DNA from: Methanobacteriota archaeon
GTDB taxonomy: Archaea; Methanobacteriota; Methanobacteria; Methanobacteriales; Methanobacteriaceae
DNA: 64,000 nucleotides
NCBI GenBank assembly: GCA_963787255.1
Contig: CAWBCJ010000029.1
Location: forward strand, 448,001-512,000
Direction of reading: 5' to 3'
Both the position numbers and the translations under genes were made by a program. Shown in pieces: positions 58,473-64,000 of this stretch (position 1 is the first letter of the stretch; each line of letters opens with the position of its first letter). Below the pieces are notes generated by a model. It did no database searches. It saw only the letters and a list, made by a program, of their open reading frames with translations, and was not told the origin of the DNA.

Positions 58473-59162
58473 TTGATTCGTATGGATAGATTAGTCTTAT
58501 TTGACGTGGATAGAACTTTAATAGGCAGATCACAATGCCATCACGATGCATTTTCATATGCATTTAAAAAGATCTATAATGTTGATACAGATATAAGAAT
58601 CATTAATTATGGTGGAATGACCGATCCAGCTATAGCAATTGAAGTTCTAAAAAAAATAGGTTTAAAAGAAGACAAAATACTTACAAAACTTGATCAATGC
58701 ATGAATGAAATTGTGGATTACTTCTTGAAGAATGTGAAGAGAGATAATATTCCTATTTTACCTGGTGTAAATGATTTACTGGAATTATTAGCAAATAATG
58801 GAACTCTTTTGGGTTTGGTAACTGGAAATTTAGAGCCCATCGCATGGGGAAAGCTTGAATCCATCCATATAAGTCACTATTTTAAATTAGGCGGATTTGG
58901 AAGTGATAGCCTAAATAGGACTGAACTCGTGAAAATCGCGATTAAAAAAGCCACTGATGATTTTAATTTTAATGGCACTGCTTTTGTTATTGGAGACACG
59001 CCACGAGATATTAAAGCAGGATTTGAAGCTAATGCTAAAACTATTGGAGTATCAACAGGAACTTATTCATTTGAAGAGCTTGAAGATTACGGTGCAGATT
59101 TTGTTTTTGAAAATTTAGAAAATAAGAAAGAAATAGTAGATATAATACTAAAAGAACGCTAA
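58473..59162 (+). CDS. HAD-family hydrolase
   Basis: FDVDRTL, GMTD, VTGN, FGSD, IGDTPRD. Confidence 0.92.
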   Translation: MIRMDRLVLFDVDRTLIGRSQCHHDAFSYAFKKIYNVDTDIRIINYGGMTDPAIAIEVLKKIGLKEDKILTKLDQCMNEIVDYFLKNVKRDNIPILPGVNDLLELLANNGTLLGLVTGNLEPIAWGKLESIHISHYFKLGGFGSDSLNRTELVKIAIKKATDDFNFNGTAFVIGDTPRDIKAGFEANAKTIGVSTGTYSFEELEDYGADFVFENLENKKEIVDIILKER

Positions 59163-59271
59163 TAAATGATTTTTATATATTTTAACTTTTTTTCAATTTT
59201 TTTTCATTTATATTAATAAATGATTTTTAACATAGTAATATAAACAAGAAAAGACAGGAATATGATTTTTT

Positions 59272-60612
59272 ATGAACCCCTATTTCAACGAACAAATAGA
59301 AACCATGCCTCGAGATGAGCTTGATGCTCTTGTAGACGCGCGTATAAAGCATACAGTTAAATATGCCTTTGAAAACTCTCCTTTTTACAGAAAATGGTTT
59401 AAAGAGAACAATATTAAAATTTCAGATATTAAATCCCACGAAGATTTAAGGGAATTACCAATAATAACGGGTAAAACTGTTCGTGAAAGGCAGCCCCCCG
59501 AAACCGAAAAATTTGAATTTAAATGCAAGGGAAGTGAAATATTCACAATCCATGAAACTAGCGGAACAAGTGGTACTCCTAAAGCATTTTTCCTTACATG
59601 GGATGACTGGAACAGATATGCTGAAAAATACGCGAGATCGTTTACATCTCAAGGATTTAGCCAAGGAGACCGTGTTGTAGTCTGTGCATCATATGGAATG
59701 AACGTTGGTGCAAATACAATGACTCTTGCAGCCCAAAAAATAGGAATGACCATAATTCCTGAAGGTAAATGCACATTTCCAGTACGTATAATTAAAAGCT
59801 ATGAACCCACAGGCATAGTGGGAAGTATTTTCAAACTTTTACGCCTTGCAAAGCGAATGGAATCTGAAGGAATTACTCCGCAAGAATCAAGCATAAAACG
59901 ATTGGTTGCAGGTGGTGAAAGCTTTGCAGAAGAATCAAGAAAGTATTTAGAAGAAATATGGGGAGTACCAGTTTACAATACCTATGGGAGTACAGAAGGA
60001 ACGATGTGTGGGGAATGCTACCAAAAAGTAGGTCTTCATGTACCCGAAGATCTTGTTCACCTTGATGTTTACAATCCACAGCTTAAAGACTTTGTCGATG
60101 AGGGTGAATGTGGTAGAATTGTGCTTACAACTCTTATTCCTGAGGGTGAAAAGACAGGAACACTTCTTTTAAATTACGACACTGAAGACACGACTGTTGT
60201 TGTAAGCAGGGAAAAATGTCCATGTGGCAGAACTCATATGAGAATAATGAACCCGCAGCGTGAAGCCGAAACTGTTTGGGTAGCTGGAAATCCATTTAAC
60301 AGGGTAGATATTGAGCGTGGAGTATTCCAAAGAGATAATATGGATTATTTAATTGGAGAATATGAGGCATTTCTATATGGGGATGAGATGGAAACCACTT
60401 TGAGGGTGAGTATGGAATGTGAAGATCCTGAAAAATGCGATAAAGGCATGATTGAAGATAATTTCACCAAAAGCTTTCTCCAATTTAAGCCTGATCTGCA
60501 GCAAGCTCACGAAGATGGTAATTTTAAGCTACTCTTTAATTTTACTGGTCCGAAGGGTCTTGAATTATATAAGATCAGGGGTCGAGCTAAACGTTTAGTT
60601 GATCGAAGATGA
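59272..60612 (+). CDS. ftsA: Coenzyme F390 synthetase (phenylacetate-CoA ligase-like)
   Basis: YFNEQIETMPRDELDALVD N-terminus, HETSGTSG, YGSTEG, RLVDRR. Confidence 0.85.
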   Translation: MNPYFNEQIETMPRDELDALVDARIKHTVKYAFENSPFYRKWFKENNIKISDIKSHEDLRELPIITGKTVRERQPPETEKFEFKCKGSEIFTIHETSGTSGTPKAFFLTWDDWNRYAEKYARSFTSQGFSQGDRVVVCASYGMNVGANTMTLAAQKIGMTIIPEGKCTFPVRIIKSYEPTGIVGSIFKLLRLAKRMESEGITPQESSIKRLVAGGESFAEESRKYLEEIWGVPVYNTYGSTEGTMCGECYQKVGLHVPEDLVHLDVYNPQLKDFVDEGECGRIVLTTLIPEGEKTGTLLLNYDTEDTTVVVSREKCPCGRTHMRIMNPQREAETVWVAGNPFNRVDIERGVFQRDNMDYLIGEYEAFLYGDEMETTLRVSMECEDPEKCDKGMIEDNFTKSFLQFKPDLQQAHEDGNFKLLFNFTGPKGLELYKIRGRAKRLVDRR

Positions 60613-60740
60613 GATTTAATTGTTTTATATTCATTATCTTATTTTCATATTTTTCATTTTTATAAGGAAGAGTAACAATACTAACTATTATACTATTTTT
60701 ATAATTTCATTCATTTTTAAAAATACTGGAGAAAAAACTC

Positions 60741-62007
60741 ATGCTCAATGCAGAAACTTACATTACAAGCCAAAAAGGAATTGGCGGGCAAATAAGAACA
60801 AAATACGAAGACTTTTACGTTGAAGAGATACCTGAATCAGAGCCAAGTGGGGAAGGCCCAAATACCTGGTTTTTTATAGAAAAAATTGGAAGGGAAACGC
60901 TTGACGTGGTGCTTGACGTTGCACAGGAATTGCACGTGGACAGGAAAAGAATGGGGTTTGCCGGAATGAAGGATAAAAGAGCAGTTACAAGACAGTGGCT
61001 GTGTGTGGCTAACTGTGAGGCTGAACAAATAAGAGAATTGGAGGATAAGCTCTATAAAGTTAAGATTCTTAAAATTATGCAGAATGAAAAGAAATTAAGG
61101 ATTGGACAATTAATTGGGAATAAATTCAGGCTACTTATAAGGGATACCGAAGATCCAGAGGCAGATACAGAAATTGCAAGAGAAGTACTGGAAGAATTAA
61201 TGGAAAGGGGAGTTCCAAATTATTTCGGTTGGCAGAGATTCGGTAAGAAAAGATCGAATACACACGTGGTTGGAAGAATGCTCCTTGAAAACGATTTAAA
61301 AAAAGTAGTTGACGCATATATTGGAAATCCTTACCCTGAAGAGCCGGAACACATTAAAGAAGTAAGGCAAATGTACGACGATGGGTATCTTGAAGAATCG
61401 CTTGAATCTATGCCTCGAGGGATGCGTTATGAGAAGATGATGCTTAAAACGCTCCTTAAGGAAATGAAAAAGAAAGATGTCAGTGATAAATCTTCTTTAG
61501 ATGAAAAGTCTTACAAGCGCGCAATAGAAAGTCTTCCTAAGCCGTTAAAGAGAATGTTCGTGCATGCTTATCAATCTTATTTATTTAATAAAGCTGTAAG
61601 TGAAAGGACAAAGCTTGGAATTGATAAATACGTTGAAGGGGATATAATTATTGATAATGAAGAGCATTTAGTCCACGAATTCGGCGATGAAATCAATGAG
61701 AAAATAAAAAACTTTGAATTCCATCCTACGGCCCCGCTTTTTGGAAGTAAAGTCCCATTAGCTGGCGGAGAATTAGGTGAAATGGAACAGAAGAATTTTA
61801 GACGATGAAGGAGTTACTTTAGAAGAATTTAAAGTTCCTAAAATGCCCAGGCTTGGTAGTCACGGCTTAAGACGTGCAATGAGATTTAAAATATGGGATA
61901 CGTCAGCTAAAGCCACCGAGGAAGGGGTTTTAGTGGAGTTTTCTATTCCTAAAGGTTGCTATGCTACTGCAGTTTTGCGGGAAATAATGAAAAATGAGGT
62001 TGTTTAA
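60741..62007 (+). CDS. truD: tRNA pseudouridine(13) synthase TruD (frameshift near 61791)
   Basis: [42 protein letters not shown]; C-term [15 protein letters not shown] in next frame. Confidence 0.95.
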
Positions 62008-62020
62008 AAAAAATGAAGTT

Positions 62021-62182
62021 TTAAATTTTAAAAATCTTCTTTAATTCTTTTTTGGCCTGTTTTTCAACTGTGCTTTTACCTTTTTTGTTCAGTTCGCTCT
62101 TTGCTTTTTTACCTAAGCCGCTTTTGGATTGTTTTTCAATTTCCTTTTCTGCTTTCTTTTTTAAATCGTTTAATAGTGACAT
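62021..62182 (-). CDS. 53-aa lysine-rich helical microprotein
   Basis: MSLLNDLKKKAEKEIEKQSKSGLGKKAKSELNKKGKSTVEKQAKKELKKIFKI; AGGAG SD upstream; not in ORF track. Confidence 0.72.
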   Translation of the reverse strand: MSLLNDLKKKAEKEIEKQSKSGLGKKAKSELNKKGKSTVEKQAKKELKKIFKI

Positions 62183-62324
62183 AATTTTTTTCTCCTGATA
62201 ATTTTTCTTTTCTTTTGTTACTATTGTTAATATGTTTGGTTTTCTAACATTTAGTAATGAGTTTAAAAAGTTAAATTTAATAATTAATTTTCAAAAAAAA
62301 GATAATTGATATTTTGTTTCTCAA

Positions 62325-62627
62325 TTATCTTATAGCATTGTCTAAAGCAATTTCCATAGATTCTACATAGCTAATTTTGATTTTATTGTAGTGTGCAAAT
62401 CCAATTTCCTTTAAATACCGTTCCACGGCCTTATGTGAAGGTGCTTCCATTAAATAAAATATTTCGTGTTCCAATGGGGGATAAACAGCAGATAATATTT
62501 TAATTTCGTGTTTTTTAGCGACTTCTTCCTTTTTGCTTGAAAGTTCCTTTAAAATTTTCCTGGTTTTATCGTTAAAAAGGTAACAGGATTCTGCAGAGTG
62601 GGTCATGTGTGCCATAAACATTTCCAT
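62325..62627 (-). CDS. Hypothetical protein (possible dimeric alpha/beta barrel, GYD/DUF3303-like)
   Basis: GGAGAGTGA SD; HxxxxC N-terminal motif, EHEIFYLMEA; fold assignment is tentative. Confidence 0.65.
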   Translation of the reverse strand: MEMFMAHMTHSAESCYLFNDKTRKILKELSSKKEEVAKKHEIKILSAVYPPLEHEIFYLMEAPSHKAVERYLKEIGFAHYNKIKISYVESMEIALDNAIR

Positions 62628-62884
62628 ATATTTTCACTCTCCTGAATTTTTATTAATTACTTTTATACTTTTATTAAACTTATTATTTACCATTTAATAA
62701 ATTGTAATTTTAAGGGTTATATCTGAAAATAATGCCTTAAAATAAGTATAAAGAACAAATAAAAGCATTTTATTATTATAAATCCGTATAAATTCTAAAA
62801 AAAAACTTCAACACAGATTCATGCTAAAAAATTATATTGCAGCTATTTAAAATATAAAATAAGATTAAGGAGAATGAAAAAAAA

Positions 62885-63565
62885 ATGCAATACATCACCC
62901 TTTCTCATGCACTTGAAGAAACATCACCGGTGCACATAGGATTAAAAAAACTTGAAATAATTCCGAATAGCCAAGTTTCAAAAGGTGGAGGCTATAACAG
63001 CTATATACTAAGTGTTGAAAACCACTGCGGTACACATATGGATGCTCCTGCCCATTTTTTAGATGAAGGGAAAACAATATCTGATTACAGTCAAGATGAA
63101 CTTGTTTTCAATAATCTATTATTTTTAGATGTGCCTAAAAGACAGGAAGAACTCATAAAACTTGAAGAAATATCTGATTTCAATTTAGAAGGTAAAGATT
63201 GTATTATTTTCCGTACAGGTTTCGAAAAATATAGAAATGAAGATCCTGACACTTATTTAACTCTTAATCCAGGAATAGAACCGGAATTAGTATACTGGAT
63301 TAGGCAAAACTATCCTAAAATCAGATTTATTGGAATTGATTGCATTTCCATATCCAGCTACGGGAAACCAGAACAGGGAAGAAAAGCACATTTAAATGCA
63401 TTTATGGAAAATGAAGAGCTTGGAGAATCGCTAATTTTAGTTGAAGATATGAAACTTGATAAAATCAAAAATATGGAGTCTATTGAAAGTTTAATTGTTG
63501 TCCCCTGGCAGATAAAAGGAATTGACAGTGCACCATGTACCGTAATAGCTAAAATAAAAAAATAA
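62885..63565 (+). CDS. Cyclase family (kynurenine formamidase-like) metal hydrolase
   Basis: HCGTHMDAPAH, FRTG, IGIDCIS, DSAPC. Confidence 0.92.
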   Translation: MQYITLSHALEETSPVHIGLKKLEIIPNSQVSKGGGYNSYILSVENHCGTHMDAPAHFLDEGKTISDYSQDELVFNNLLFLDVPKRQEELIKLEEISDFNLEGKDCIIFRTGFEKYRNEDPDTYLTLNPGIEPELVYWIRQNYPKIRFIGIDCISISSYGKPEQGRKAHLNAFMENEELGESLILVEDMKLDKIKNMESIESLIVVPWQIKGIDSAPCTVIAKIKK

Positions 63566-63576
63566 ATTTTATGAAA

Positions 63577-64000
63577 TTATTTTTTACCTAATGGACTGAT
63601 TTTCCTTAAATTCTCCACCACACTAGCTATAGCATCTGCAACAGCATCAGCATTATCTATGGTATTAAATCGCCCGAAGGTGAACCTTATCGATCCATGA
63701 GCCCTTTCAGAATCTCCACTTGCAGCCATTATAACGTGACTGGCTTCTAAAGTCCTGCTGAAGCAAGAAGATCCGGTACTTACTGCAAATCCTCGCATAT
63801 CAAGATGTAAAGTTATTGATTCGCCCTCCACATATTTAAAAGTTATATTAACATTTTGAGGAGTTCTTTTTTCTCTATCTCCATTTAAAACAGTTTCAGG
63901 TACTTCATTTAAAATTCGGTCAATTAAGTGATCACGAATCTTTTGAAGCTCCTTGTTTTCTTCATCAGTTACTAATTCAACTGCCCTTGCAAATCCAACT
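63577..64000 (-). CDS. IscS/NifS-type cysteine desulfurase (C-terminal part, runs off right edge)
   Basis: EGES, STGSSC, ASHVI, GSIRFTFGR, LRKISP; frame continues to window end. Confidence 0.9.
   Translation of the reverse strand, partial: VGFARAVELVTDEENKELQKIRDHLIDRILNEVPETVLNGDREKRTPQNVNITFKYVEGESITLHLDMRGFAVSTGSSCFSRTLEASHVIMAASGDSERAHGSIRFTFGRFNTIDNADAVADAIASVVENLRKISPLGKK

Overview
AT-rich chromosomal segment from a Methanobacteriales methanogen, most likely Methanobacterium; diagnostic genes include hdrA, cfbA, dmrX, F390 synthetase, methanogenesis marker 11 and a tandem-domain purE. Most of the window is housekeeping: purL, ileS, mat, glyA, hdrA, radA, rpa, leuCDB, ribH, purE, ubiD, thiL, leuS, nadE, GET3/arsA, hisG, dadD and truD. 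No rRNA, tRNA, CRISPR array or transposase was seen. Many genes, including the essential leuS, carry single-base frameshifts, often in homopolymers, which points to assembly indels. The most unusual part is an accessory module at about 49.0-56.1 kb. It holds two paralogous winged-helix regulators, each followed by a small 3-TM protein (three copies in total), a FtsX/LolD-type ABC transporter and a GT-C-like membrane protein. Its promoters share helically phased 10-11 bp TTG/TTTGG boxes. It also contains a ~340-nt multi-hairpin intergenic element with SD/anti-SD and GGGYGGG motifs, one of which recurs 3' of the ABC ATPase. Further candidate ncRNAs lie at 6016-6083 (H/ACA-like) and 35861-35914. 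Several small ORFs missing from the ORF track were also found.
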